64,000 nucleotides of DNA from Planctomycetota bacterium. GTDB taxonomy: Bacteria > Planctomycetota > B15-G4. This document shows, piece after piece, positions 1 to 9,735 of the stretch (its first letter is position 1; each line of letters starts with the position of its first letter). The position numbers and the translations under genes were made by a program. Location: the NCBI GenBank assembly GCA_965248575.1, contig CBDFJQ010000002.1:5184001-5248000 (forward strand), read 5' to 3'. The notes beneath the pieces were generated by a model. It was given only the letters and a program-made list of their open reading frames with translations. It ran no database searches and was not told the DNA's origin.

Positions 1-339
1 TCGCTAGCCGATGAGGCGCCCGAGTTCCTCGTGGTTCCAAGCGGCAGTCGGAAGAAGCTGCGCTATGAGCAGGGGCGGCCTCCGGTCTTGGCGGTGCGCA
101 TCCAGGAGGTCTTCGGCTGGACGGAGACACCTCGCCTGGCGGGGGGCCGTGTTCCCGTCGTGCTCCAGCTGCTCGCACCGAACAACCGCCCGCAGCAGGT
201 CACGGACGACCTGGCCAGCTTCTGGGCGGGGGCCTATGCCCAAGTTCGCAAGGACCTTCGCGCTCGCTATCCCAAGCATGCCTGGCCCGAGGATCCGACC
301 CAGGCCGTGGCAGAACGACGGCCCAAACGCCGGCGATGA
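1..339 (+). CDS. hrpB: ATP-dependent helicase HrpB, C-terminal part (5' end outside window)
   Basis: Frame open from base 1; HrpB C-terminal signature VPSGS...LAVRIQEVFG...QVTDDLASFW...YAQVRKDLRARYPKHAWPEDP. Confidence 0.9.
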   Translation, partial: SLADEAPEFLVVPSGSRKKLRYEQGRPPVLAVRIQEVFGWTETPRLAGGRVPVVLQLLAPNNRPQQVTDDLASFWAGAYAQVRKDLRARYPKHAWPEDPTQAVAERRPKRRR

Positions 340-498
340 CAGCGGGTCCAGGCAGGGCCAGCCTGAGGGTGGACACGCTGGGGCTTGCGAAGCATCTGGA
401 AGCGGCCATGGAATCGACAGTGGATGGCGCTTCACTGCCGGAGCCCCATGAGGCGATGATGCACGGCCACCAGCTCTCCCGCTCTCCGAGGTCCTGCC

Positions 499-2331
499 AT
501 GCTCGCCTTTCGCACTGCTGCCAAGTTCCTGCTTGCCACGGTCTCCGCACTGACCCTCATGGGGCCCTTGGTTGGAGCGAGCCTTGGCCCCGGCGACGGC
601 GACGATGCGGATGCTGAAGCAGCGCGTCCCAAGGTGGTGGAGTTGGTCATCTCCGGCAACACGTCCGAGGAACCGGCCATCGACAATCCGCTGGGTCCGT
701 CGCGACGGAACTTCCGGCGCAAGCTCGCCCAGATCCGGGAGATCGCTGCCGACGAGGACATCGCTGGCATCTCCTTGAAGATCAACTCGGCGCCTGGCTG
801 GGCCAAGAGCCTGGACATGCTCGTGGAGCTCCGCGCTGCCAAGGCCGCCGGGAAGAAGATCATCTGCTACGCGGAGATGCTGACGCGCAGCGACGCCATG
901 ATCTCGAGCGTGGCTGACCTGCTGGCGGTGCCGCCCTCGGGCATGATCATCTTGGAGGGCTTGAGCGCGGAGCTCATGTACCTCAAGAACCTCTTCGCCA
1001 AGCTCGACGTGCGCTTCGACGTGCTGCACATCGGTGACTTCAAGACGGCCTACGAGAACTACGCCAAGGACTCCATGAGCGAGGGGCAACGCGCCACCAT
1101 CGAGGCGCTCCTGGATGAGTTCTATGGGCAACTGCTGAATGTGATGGCCCGGAACCGCGGAATCTCGGAAGACACGGTCGAATCCATGTTCGAGAAGATC
1201 TTCGTGGATGCAAGCGATGCCGAACAGGCGGGCTTCATCGACGCGGCGATCTACAAGGATGAGTACGACGCTCGGGTCGAAGCGATGTTCGGTGGCGAGA
1301 TCGAACTCGTGAAGGGCTATGGCGATCGCACGAAGGAAGACATCGAGAAGATGCTCGAGAGCCCGTTCGCGATCTTCACCTTGCTGCCCAAGTTGCTGAA
1401 CCCGCCCAAGGTCGAGCTTCCGGATGAGCCCTATGTGGCCATCGTCTACGCAAGCGGTGCGATCGCGAGTGGAAAGAGCCAGAGCGACTTCCAGGGCAAC
1501 GTGTCCCAGATGGGTAGCGACACCATCGTCGAAGCACTCAACAAGACCAGGGACGACGAGAACTGCAAGGCCGTGGTGCTGCGCGTGAACAGCCCCGGCG
1601 GCAGCGCGTTGGCCAGCGACATGATCTGGCGCGCGGTGAAGCAGGTGCAGGAGGCCGGCAAGCCGGTGGTCTCCTCGATGGGCTCCGTGGCTGCCTCCGG
1701 CGGCTATTGGATCTCCATGGGCTGCGACGCCATCGTCGCCCAGCCCAGCACCATCACCGGTTCCATCGGTGTGGTGTCGATGATCCCGGACCTCAGCACG
1801 ACGATAAAGAACATGGGCATCAACGTGGAGGTGGTGTCACGCGGCCCGCACGGTGATCAGTTGTCGGTGCTCAAGCACGGCGCCTCGCCGCTGCTCAAGG
1901 AGAAAATGACGCACTGGATGGAGACGGTGTACGACGAGTTCATCCAGAAGGTGTCCGTGGGCCGGGGCCTCGACCCCGACCGGGTGCGTGAGCTGGCCCA
2001 AGGTCGAGCCTGGACCGGTCGCGATGCGGCGGACAACGGGCTTATCGATGAGTTGGGCGGATTCCAGGAAGCCCTGGACCTCGCCGCAGCCCTTGGAGGT
2101 CTGGGTGCCGATGCGCCCATGGTGGAGTACCCCGAGGTGCCCAACTTCCTGGAGCAGCTCGAAGAGACCATGCAGGGTGCGGTGCACATCGCGTCGCCCG
2201 TGGAAGAAGTGCTGGAAGCGCTTGGCTTCGGCGAGTTGCTGATGACCGCTCGCAACGCCATGGCTGACGGACACGCCTTGTCCCGTGACCGCGTGCAGGC
2301 GGTGCTTCCGTTCCAGATGGTCATCCGCTGA
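499..2331 (+). CDS. sppA: Signal peptide peptidase SppA, long two-domain S49 type
   Basis: N-terminal hydrophobic signal; GDFKTAYE (Lys), LRVNSPGGS, SMGSVAASGGY (Ser), TITGSIGV, GLIDELGG. Confidence 0.93.
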   Translation: MLAFRTAAKFLLATVSALTLMGPLVGASLGPGDGDDADAEAARPKVVELVISGNTSEEPAIDNPLGPSRRNFRRKLAQIREIAADEDIAGISLKINSAPGWAKSLDMLVELRAAKAAGKKIICYAEMLTRSDAMISSVADLLAVPPSGMIILEGLSAELMYLKNLFAKLDVRFDVLHIGDFKTAYENYAKDSMSEGQRATIEALLDEFYGQLLNVMARNRGISEDTVESMFEKIFVDASDAEQAGFIDAAIYKDEYDARVEAMFGGEIELVKGYGDRTKEDIEKMLESPFAIFTLLPKLLNPPKVELPDEPYVAIVYASGAIASGKSQSDFQGNVSQMGSDTIVEALNKTRDDENCKAVVLRVNSPGGSALASDMIWRAVKQVQEAGKPVVSSMGSVAASGGYWISMGCDAIVAQPSTITGSIGVVSMIPDLSTTIKNMGINVEVVSRGPHGDQLSVLKHGASPLLKEKMTHWMETVYDEFIQKVSVGRGLDPDRVRELAQGRAWTGRDAADNGLIDELGGFQEALDLAAALGGLGADAPMVEYPEVPNFLEQLEETMQGAVHIASPVEEVLEALGFGELLMTARNAMADGHALSRDRVQAVLPFQMVIR

Positions 2332-2371
2332 ACTTGACGGGCAGTTCTAGGCCAGGGTGGGGCCGGCGCGG

Positions 2372-3676
2372 CTAGTGCGGGTTCCGGAGCTTGTCGCGCA
2401 GGTTCGTCTCGTAGCGCCGTTGGGGAAGACCAGACAGGCCGCCGCGGTAGCCCTCGCCATCCTTGACCACTTCGAGGATGGCACCCTGAGCGAGCTTTTC
2501 GGGTTGGGCGATCACGTCCTCGCTGCAGATCAGCAGGTCGGCCCGCTGGCCGGGGGCGAGGGTGCCGGTGTCCGGTGTGTTGATGTGCGTGGCTGCCAGC
2601 CCCGTGCTGCTGTGCCATGCAGCCAGATTGGACAGCCCCTCGCGCACCAGGGCTGCCGTCTCCAGACCGTTGGTGCCGTGCATGCCGGGCAACACGGGGT
2701 CGGTGCCCATCAGGATCGGCAAGCCACCCTTAGCCGCATAGGCCGTGGCTTGGGCGTGCACCTCGGCGACCTTCTTCACCTTGTCCATCACGAAGTCGCT
2801 GAGGCCGTCGGCCCGCGTGAGTTCGTCCATGACCCAGGAGGTGGGGGTGACCACACACTCATGTTGGGCGGCGAGGTCGACCATCTCCTCGTCCATGAAC
2901 GAGATGTGCTGGAGGTCATGGACACCGCTGCGGATGGCGAGTTCGATGCCGCGCCGACTGTGGGCGTGGGCCGCGACCTGCAGGCCGCGAGCGTGAGCTT
3001 CATCGACGATGGTCTCCACCTCCTCCGGCGTGAAATCACGGCACTCGAGGTGGTCGCTGGGTGAGGCCACACCCGGGCTCGCGCAGATCTTGATCAGGTC
3101 GGCCCCGCAGGCAGCCAGCTCGCGCACGCGCTTGCGGCACTCCCAGGGACCGTCGACGATGCTGCTGGGGCGGCCAGCCGCTTCGGGCCAGAGGCGCGAG
3201 AGTTCTCCGTGGCATCGATCCACACCGCGGAAGTCCGCATGACCGCCGGTGGACGACAGCATGGCGATGCTGATCTTGAGTCTCGGTCCCAGGATGGTCC
3301 CATTGTCCACGAGCCGCTTGTGGAGGTCCGTGGCGCCCCCGACGTCACGCATGGTCGTGACGCCGCCATCCACGAGCGTCGTGTGCAGGATCTTCTCGAC
3401 CCACAACAGCGACTCGCCCGTGAGCATCGTCTCCATGGCGGCGCTGTCGAGGCCCAACACGGTCACGTGTCCGTGGCAGTCAATCAGGCCCGGAGTGACG
3501 GTGTAGGCTGAACAATCGAGCAGCGTGTGGTCCTCTCCCACGCTGAAAGCCGGGTCGTGGGGGACCAGCTTGTGCACACGGCCTTGGTCGAGAAAAAGAT
3601 CAGCGCCCCTGTGGATCGCGCCATCATCGGAGCCGGTACCGTCGTACAGCAACCCAATGTTGGACAGGATGATCAT
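2372..3676 (-). CDS. Metal-dependent amidohydrolase (Xaa-Pro dipeptidase/ochratoxinase-like subgroup)
   Basis: PGLIDCHGH, GVTTMRDVGG, GADLIK, AAHAH, GTD, G.LAPG.RADL motifs; likely start MIILSN at 3676. Confidence 0.85.
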   Translation of the reverse strand: MIILSNIGLLYDGTGSDDGAIHRGADLFLDQGRVHKLVPHDPAFSVGEDHTLLDCSAYTVTPGLIDCHGHVTVLGLDSAAMETMLTGESLLWVEKILHTTLVDGGVTTMRDVGGATDLHKRLVDNGTILGPRLKISIAMLSSTGGHADFRGVDRCHGELSRLWPEAAGRPSSIVDGPWECRKRVRELAACGADLIKICASPGVASPSDHLECRDFTPEEVETIVDEAHARGLQVAAHAHSRRGIELAIRSGVHDLQHISFMDEEMVDLAAQHECVVTPTSWVMDELTRADGLSDFVMDKVKKVAEVHAQATAYAAKGGLPILMGTDPVLPGMHGTNGLETAALVREGLSNLAAWHSSTGLAATHINTPDTGTLAPGQRADLLICSEDVIAQPEKLAQGAILEVVKDGEGYRGGLSGLPQRRYETNLRDKLRNPH

Positions 3677-3771
3677 CGATTCGAGCTCCGAGCATGGGCC
3701 CCGGGACTGCACCCGGGAAGGGAGTGTGAGACGAACGCGCGCGACACCTTACCCGGAAACAGGGAGACGCG

Positions 3772-5559
3772 ATGAGTGAGGGTTTGCGCGTGGTGTTCGC
3801 TCGCCTGCTCTTCGCGGCCCTGATCCTGGGGGCGTGGTTCCTGGACCAACCCGGGAGCACGGGGAGCTCCTCGGCTCCCCTTGCGGCAAACGGCTCGGGG
3901 CTGGCCGGCTTCTGCCTGGAAGAGGTTGCGCAATCCCTGGGTCTCGATTTTCAGCACGTAAGACCGACCTTCGATCGCCAGTTGGACAACATCGCGCCCC
4001 AGATCGCAGCCCTGGGCGCAGCCGTCTCCGTCGCGGATGCAGATGGTGACGGTCGGCCAGACCTCTACGTCACGAACAGTGCCTTCGGCCAGGCCAACGC
4101 ACTGTTCGTGAACCGTTCGGAGGGCACCGAGGGCTCCTTCGAGGAACGGGGGGCAGCCGCTGGTATTGCCCAGCTCAACTCCGCTGAGCGCGGTGTGAGC
4201 ATGGGGTCGGTCTGGGCGGACATGGACAACGACGGCGACGAAGACCTTTTCGTCTACCGCTACGGATACCCCGCACTGTTCCGCAACGACGGGGGCCTGC
4301 AGTTCAGGGAGGTGACCGAGGGCTCGGGCCTGGAGCGCTGGATGAACTCCAATTGCGCCGTCTGGTTCGATGCGGACCAGGACGGTCTCGTGGACCTGTT
4401 TGTCGCCGGGTACTTTCGCGAAGACGTCAACCTGTGGGAGCTCAGCACCACCCGCATCATGCAGGACAGCATGGAGTTCTCGTCGAACGGCGGAAGCAAC
4501 GTCTTGTTCCGAAACCTGGGGGGCGGCCACTTCGAGGATGTGACCGAATCGGCCGGCCTGTCCAGCAATCGTTGGACCTTGGGTGCGGCTGCTGCGGATT
4601 TCGATGCGGACGGCCTCGTCGATCTCTACGTCGCCAACGACTACGGGGCCGAGGAGCTCTATCGCAATCTGGGACAGGGCCGCTTCGAGCGCGTCGATGC
4701 CGGCCTCGGTGACGACAGCAAGAGCGGGATGTGTGTCGCGCTCGGTGACGTCCAGAACCAAGGGCGCTTGGCCGTGTTCGTGACCAACATCTCGGAGCGT
4801 GGCTACCTCTTCCAAGGCAACAACCTGCGCTTGAACTACATGGCCGAGGGCGCAGGCTTCCTGAACATCGCCGAGGGTGCTGTCGCGGACTGCGGTTGGG
4901 CTTGGGGCGCGCAGATTGGCGACCTGGACAACGATGGGTGGCAGGACCTGTTCGTGGCCAACGGCTTCGTGACCGGGGAGGAGGGTGCCGGGAGCTACTG
5001 GTACGGCATGTCCCAACTGGGCGTGTCCGCCGGCGGGCTCCTGGAAGATGCCGCCCACTGGCCGAGCATGGGGGGGATGGATCTCTCAGGCAGCGAGCGC
5101 TCGCGGGTGTTGCTCAATCGCAACGGCCGCTTGTTCAAGGAGGTCGGCGAACAGGTTGGGGTCGAGGATCGCTTCGACGGGCGGGCTGTCGCCCTCGTCG
5201 ACCTTGGCAACCGTGGTGCCCTGGACGTGGTCGTCGCGAATCAGGGCGGGCCTCTCGTGGTCTACCGGGCACAAGCTCCCGAAGGCCACCACTGGGTGAA
5301 GTTCCAGCTGAGAGGGGTCTCGTCCAATCGTTCGGCCATCGGCGCCACGGTGGAGCTGCGGGCGGGCGAGATCCACACCGTGCGCGTCGTGGATGGTGGC
5401 TCGGGCTTCAGCAGCCAGAATGAGCGCCGTCTACATTTCGGATTGGGAGAGGCCGATTTGCTGGAGCAGGTTGTGGTGCATTGGCCGAGCGGGCAGGTTC
5501 AGCTGCTCACGGGCTTGGGCGTCGACCAGACCCATGTGCTGCAGGAGCCCGCGCCATGA
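3772..5559 (+). CDS. CRTAC1/FG-GAP repeat protein with C-terminal ASPIC/UnbV domain
   Basis: Repeated DxDxDGxxDLY/FV Ca-binding motifs; C-terminal NRSAIGATV...GGSGFSSQ..RLHFGLG...VHWPSG; N-terminal anchor. Confidence 0.9.
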   Translation: MSEGLRVVFARLLFAALILGAWFLDQPGSTGSSSAPLAANGSGLAGFCLEEVAQSLGLDFQHVRPTFDRQLDNIAPQIAALGAAVSVADADGDGRPDLYVTNSAFGQANALFVNRSEGTEGSFEERGAAAGIAQLNSAERGVSMGSVWADMDNDGDEDLFVYRYGYPALFRNDGGLQFREVTEGSGLERWMNSNCAVWFDADQDGLVDLFVAGYFREDVNLWELSTTRIMQDSMEFSSNGGSNVLFRNLGGGHFEDVTESAGLSSNRWTLGAAAADFDADGLVDLYVANDYGAEELYRNLGQGRFERVDAGLGDDSKSGMCVALGDVQNQGRLAVFVTNISERGYLFQGNNLRLNYMAEGAGFLNIAEGAVADCGWAWGAQIGDLDNDGWQDLFVANGFVTGEEGAGSYWYGMSQLGVSAGGLLEDAAHWPSMGGMDLSGSERSRVLLNRNGRLFKEVGEQVGVEDRFDGRAVALVDLGNRGALDVVVANQGGPLVVYRAQAPEGHHWVKFQLRGVSSNRSAIGATVELRAGEIHTVRVVDGGSGFSSQNERRLHFGLGEADLLEQVVVHWPSGQVQLLTGLGVDQTHVLQEPAP

Positions 5560-6431
5560 GCGGCAGCAGCAGCAACCCCGATGCAGCAGCCCCGTCGCCG
5601 AGCGCGTCGCCTCCGGCCCTCAAGCGCTTCCGGTTCAGCCAGCTCAGCCCTTCCTGGCTGTTCGCAGGCTTGCTGACCTTGATCGTCGTCGCAGGGGAGG
5701 TCTTCTTCGACGCGCTGGGCGGCTATGAGCGCTTGGCGGTCGCCTTGGGGACGGCCATCGTCGGCGAGCACGTCTTTTCCTGGATGTTCGCCGGGCGCAA
5801 GGGCAACACCCTCAGTGCCTACATCACGGGCAACAGCATCCTCGTGTTGACGAAGCCCGCGGCCGGCTTGCTCTGGCCCTTCGCCGCAGGGCCGCTGCTG
5901 GCCATCCTCTCCAAGCATGCGCTGCGCTTCCGTGGGCAGCACATCTGGAACCCCACCAACCTCTCCTTCTCCATCCTCTTGCTCGTGGCGCCCGGCTCGA
6001 TCTCGATCTTGAGCCATCAGTGGGGCAACGACCTGGCGGTGGTCTTCGTGCTGATGGCCTTGGGGTTCCTGGTGGTGGGCAAGTCGCGACTCCTGCACGT
6101 CACCGGGACGTATGTGTTGGCGTTCCTGGTGCTCTCGGTTCCACGGGCTTGGATCAGCGGCCAGCCATTCCTGGGGGAGATCGCACCGATCACGGGCCCG
6201 GTGTCCATGCTGTTCATGTTCTTCATGATCACCGACCCGAAGACCGTGCTGAGGACGAAGGCGGGTCGGGTGAAGGTCGTGATCTTCGTGGCGCTGGCTG
6301 AAGCGTTGATCCGCCTCGGTTATCACTGGCAGCTGGCCTTCTTCGAGCCTTTGCTCAGAGCGCCACAGATCTTCGCTTTGGCCATCGTGGGGCCCGTCGC
6401 AAAAGTTTGGGAACTGCGTCGCGCTGGATAA
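5556..6431 (+). CDS. UnbU-like / RnfD-NqrB-superfamily membrane protein
   Basis: ATGA overlap with upstream gene; many TM segments; SKH.LR..G.HIWNPTN and FFMITDPKT motifs. Confidence 0.75.
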   Translation: MSGSSSNPDAAAPSPSASPPALKRFRFSQLSPSWLFAGLLTLIVVAGEVFFDALGGYERLAVALGTAIVGEHVFSWMFAGRKGNTLSAYITGNSILVLTKPAAGLLWPFAAGPLLAILSKHALRFRGQHIWNPTNLSFSILLLVAPGSISILSHQWGNDLAVVFVLMALGFLVVGKSRLLHVTGTYVLAFLVLSVPRAWISGQPFLGEIAPITGPVSMLFMFFMITDPKTVLRTKAGRVKVVIFVALAEALIRLGYHWQLAFFEPLLRAPQIFALAIVGPVAKVWELRRAG

Positions 6432-6458
6432 GCCTGACGCCTTTGGTACACCCACGCC

Positions 6459-7910
6459 GTGAGCAACCGCCCTTCATCCCGATCCTTGAGTGCCCCACAG
6501 CAGACGAAACTGCGTGAACTCCTTGCCGCGCGTGGGCACACGCTGCGCCAGAACGCCAAGAACAAATACCTCGCCTTCGAGGTGCGGACGGACGCCAAGT
6601 CCATCTTCTCCTTGTACACCTCAGGGAAGTTCGTGAGCACGGTCCGCGAGGGCGATGCGGAGGGCCTGGTCATCGAGGACGAGGTGGGGCAACTGCTCGG
6701 CGAGGCAGCACCTGCGAAGCTCCGTTCGGGGCCCGGGTCATCTGCGGAGCACGATCCCGCGATCACGACCCTGGCGGGTGTGGACGAAACGGGCACCGGC
6801 GAGTTGCTCGGCACGGCGATCCTTGCGGGGGCCTTGCTGCCTCGGGCCCTTGAAAATCCTCTGCACGAGCTCGTCGGGCATGTGGAGACCAAGGGCAAGC
6901 GGGCGGCGTCAGGCTGGGAACGCCTGGGCGCCGAGCTGGCCGCGATGCGGGCCGACGGCCTCGTGCTGTCGGCCTTGCCCATTCCAAATGCGCTCTTCGA
7001 CCGCTACTCGAAGAACGCGCTGCTCGACCTGGCCTATGTGCGGCTCGTCGGAGATCTCTTTGCGGGAGCGCGCGAGGTCCGGGGAGACAAGCCGTTGCAG
7101 GGGGTGGAGCTCGCCGTGGATGATTACGGTGTCGGTCAGCTCCTGAAAAGCGCTGCCAAGGTCTGGGCGGCCTCCGGGATTCGGGTTCGCATCGAGACCA
7201 AGGCCGATGATCGGTACCTCGCAGCTCGCGCTGCTTCCGTCTTGGCTCGCGCAACTCGTGCGAGGGAGATGGCAGGGCTGAGAGCTGATGCCACCGATGG
7301 CCCCTTGGGGACCGGCAACGCCGGCCATCGGGAGACGTTGTCCTGGTTGCGACGGCGGGCGCGAACGTCGGAGGGTTGGCCCTCCTTCGTGAAGACGTCC
7401 TTCCGCACCGTGACGGACATCGACGGCGTCGAAGCCGTGACCAAGGAGCCCTTGCCCAGGGTCTCGGACCTGCTCGACGAGCAGTCGGTGCCTGATTTCC
7501 TGGCGGGTCGGTTGGATGTGGGTCGAGCACGCATCCGGACCACCGGTTCGACGTTCTCGCAACGTTTTGAACTGCCAGCCCGAGGCGGGGCGCGCCGCCC
7601 AGCCTCGCTCGAGTTCCTGCCGCTGATCTGTGGGGGCCTCGTCCTCGACGAGAGCATCCCCCTGGATGTGCTGGATGAGCTGCTCGAGCGGGAGCAAGGG
7701 CTGGCATCCGGCTGGCGCATCCTGCTCGGGGCCGAGAGCGATCTGGATGACCCCTTTTTCCTCTCGTTGGCGAGAGCACACGCCCGAGGGGTGGTGCATC
7801 TCGTACCCACTCGGCACGCAGATCCAGCCGCGCGCGCGGCAGCGCACGCCGGCTTGCGAGTGCTCGCAGCGGGTCGCGCCGACGGTCTGCATGTCGTGCT
7901 CAGCAGCTGA
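6459..7910 (+). CDS. RNase HII/HIII-like nuclease with TBP-like N-terminal domain and extra C-terminal domain
   Basis: N-terminal SLYTSGKFV (RNase HIII-type N-domain); GVDETGTG, AVDDY, ETKADDRYLAARAASVLAR catalytic motifs; about 155 aa C-terminal extension. Confidence 0.75.
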   Translation: MSNRPSSRSLSAPQQTKLRELLAARGHTLRQNAKNKYLAFEVRTDAKSIFSLYTSGKFVSTVREGDAEGLVIEDEVGQLLGEAAPAKLRSGPGSSAEHDPAITTLAGVDETGTGELLGTAILAGALLPRALENPLHELVGHVETKGKRAASGWERLGAELAAMRADGLVLSALPIPNALFDRYSKNALLDLAYVRLVGDLFAGAREVRGDKPLQGVELAVDDYGVGQLLKSAAKVWAASGIRVRIETKADDRYLAARAASVLARATRAREMAGLRADATDGPLGTGNAGHRETLSWLRRRARTSEGWPSFVKTSFRTVTDIDGVEAVTKEPLPRVSDLLDEQSVPDFLAGRLDVGRARIRTTGSTFSQRFELPARGGARRPASLEFLPLICGGLVLDESIPLDVLDELLEREQGLASGWRILLGAESDLDDPFFLSLARAHARGVVHLVPTRHADPAARAAAHAGLRVLAAGRADGLHVVLSS

Positions 7911-7935
7911 GAGGGCGGGTGAAAGCCCGGGCCGC

Positions 7936-8706
7936 CTACCAGGCCTCGATCAAGCGCTGGCCCAGCATGTCCGGGAGGTCGGCTTCCCGGAAGATCAGCT
8001 CAGCTGCGGCGGCGAAGTCGTATTCGACCCGGCGGAAATGGGCGTGGCGACCATCCCACAGCGCGTAGGAAGCCCGGCGATCCCCATCTCGCGGCTGGCC
8101 CACCGAGCCGACGTTGATGAAGCAGCTCTTGCCTTCTGTGTCATAGCCATCGGCGCAGCCGGCAGGGGAGATCCAACGCAGCTCCTGGTCGATGACGCCC
8201 GGGACGTGGGTGTGGCCCACGAAGCAAGGGCGTTCGATGCGCTCGAAACATCGCGCCAGCTTGGGGCGCTCTTCCATCCGCTGAGGCAGGAACTCGAGGG
8301 TGTCCTCCCGGAACAGGTACTCATCCAGCGGGTGGGACGGAGAGCCGTGCACGAGAGTGGCGCTGTCGAGGTCCTTTCGCTCGGCGAGCTCCTCCAGAAA
8401 GGGCATGCCGTCGCGCATGGACTCGCTGCCGGTTTCCACCCGGCTGCGCGTCCACATGATGGCTGCGCTTGCGAGTGGGTTGAAGCCGAAGGGGCCTTCC
8501 AGGACAGCCTGCTCATGGTTGCCCTTGAGGGTGTGTGACGAGAGTTCGCGCACGACCTCCAGACACTCCATGGGTTGGGCCCCGTACCCGACGATGTCGC
8601 CGAGGCACCAGAACTGCCCGGCGCCTCGTGCTCGAGCATCGTCGACCACCGCCCCCAGTGCGTGCATGTTGCTGTGGATGTCGCTGATGATCGCGGTGAG
8701 CGTCAT
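7936..8706 (-). CDS. Calcineurin-like metallophosphoesterase
   Basis: SDIHSN, LGDIVGYG, GNHE, VHGSP, GHTH, NVGSVGQPRDG; start MTLT at 8706. Confidence 0.92.
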   Translation of the reverse strand: MTLTAIISDIHSNMHALGAVVDDARARGAGQFWCLGDIVGYGAQPMECLEVVRELSSHTLKGNHEQAVLEGPFGFNPLASAAIMWTRSRVETGSESMRDGMPFLEELAERKDLDSATLVHGSPSHPLDEYLFREDTLEFLPQRMEERPKLARCFERIERPCFVGHTHVPGVIDQELRWISPAGCADGYDTEGKSCFINVGSVGQPRDGDRRASYALWDGRHAHFRRVEYDFAAAAELIFREADLPDMLGQRLIEAW

Positions 8707-8799
8707 GAGGTGCAGCCTCGAGGCGCAGGGCCAAGCAGGATGTAACGCATTCCTGCCCGGCTGCTGAGGGCCCAAGGATGCCGCGCAGAGCCGGTTGGA

Positions 8800-9735
8800 T
8801 CAACGAAGTCCACAACATCGGAGTGTGAAGTCCGCCAATTGGCCGGCGAGGTCGAGCGACGTGACCGTTTCGATTGCGGCGAAACCGGGGGCACTGTTCA
8901 CTTCCAGGATGAGGTCGTTTCCATCGGCATCTCGAATCAAGTCCACGCCGGCGACCTCCAGCTTGAGGTGCTGGGCGGCGGCCAACCCCAGGGCGCGTTG
9001 AGTTTCGGTCGGGGACCAAGGCACCGGAGCCCCGCCATACAGGACGCTGCCTCGCCCCTCCTGGGTGGGTACGCGTTCCATGGCGGCGGCGATCTCGCCG
9101 CCGATGATGAACAAGCGCCGATCGAAGCCCGCACCCACGAAACTCTGAAGCAGTGCCCCACCGCTGAGTTCGGCGAAGGCCACAGCGCTTCGACAAGCAG
9201 CCTCCCAACGGAGTCCGATGGTGACGCCGCGGCCGGAAGCCCCGCGACGTGGCTTCACCACGAATCGTTCGCCCGGGAGTGGGGGAATGTCTGGCTCCGA
9301 CAAGTCCAGCCTGGGTCCTACGGTGGGCGGGCGTTCGACAACACGCGTGGGTGGTACCGGGAAGCCCGCCTGGCTCAGGCTGAACAGGCACGCAGACTTG
9401 TCATGGGCCGCGGAGACGTATCGGGGGTGGTTGATCCACCTTTGATCCGCGAGAAGCTGATCGGCGTCGCCATCGAGACATGGGCTGAGTTCGTGCTCGG
9501 GGCCACCTGAGGGCAGGCGCACGACGGCTGCAGCTGGCGGATGTTTGCTGCAGAGTGCAACGAATTGTGCCGGACGGATCGGGTGGGCAGGGACACCTCG
9601 GCTGGCGAAGGCTTCGATCAGGCGAACGACCCCCGGCCCCCGGGTTCCGCGACAAACGATGGCGACCCAAACCGGTATCGTGGGGGGCTGCCCGCCACCG
9701 CCGGAAGAGGACCATGACTGTTCGATGCTTCGCAC
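8800..9735 (-). CDS. RimK/LysX-family ATP-grasp ligase (start uncertain)
   Basis: AHDKS, P.PPT, VVKP..GASGRGV, LLQSFV, AGVDLI, LEVNSAPGF; recognisable sequence begins near 9670; nearest in-frame GTG is 9735. Confidence 0.8.
   Translation of the reverse strand: MRSIEQSWSSSGGGGQPPTIPVWVAIVCRGTRGPGVVRLIEAFASRGVPAHPIRPAQFVALCSKHPPAAAVVRLPSGGPEHELSPCLDGDADQLLADQRWINHPRYVSAAHDKSACLFSLSQAGFPVPPTRVVERPPTVGPRLDLSEPDIPPLPGERFVVKPRRGASGRGVTIGLRWEAACRSAVAFAELSGGALLQSFVGAGFDRRLFIIGGEIAAAMERVPTQEGRGSVLYGGAPVPWSPTETQRALGLAAAQHLKLEVAGVDLIRDADGNDLILEVNSAPGFAAIETVTSLDLAGQLADFTLRCCGLR

Noticed and set aside
5556..6431. Rnf/Nqr respiratory complex
   Set aside because: No other subunits in the window and no clear FMN-attachment motif.
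7916..7929. CGGGT-GAAA-GCCCG hairpin as an intrinsic terminator
   Set aside because: Only 5 bp with no U-tract; too weak to call.
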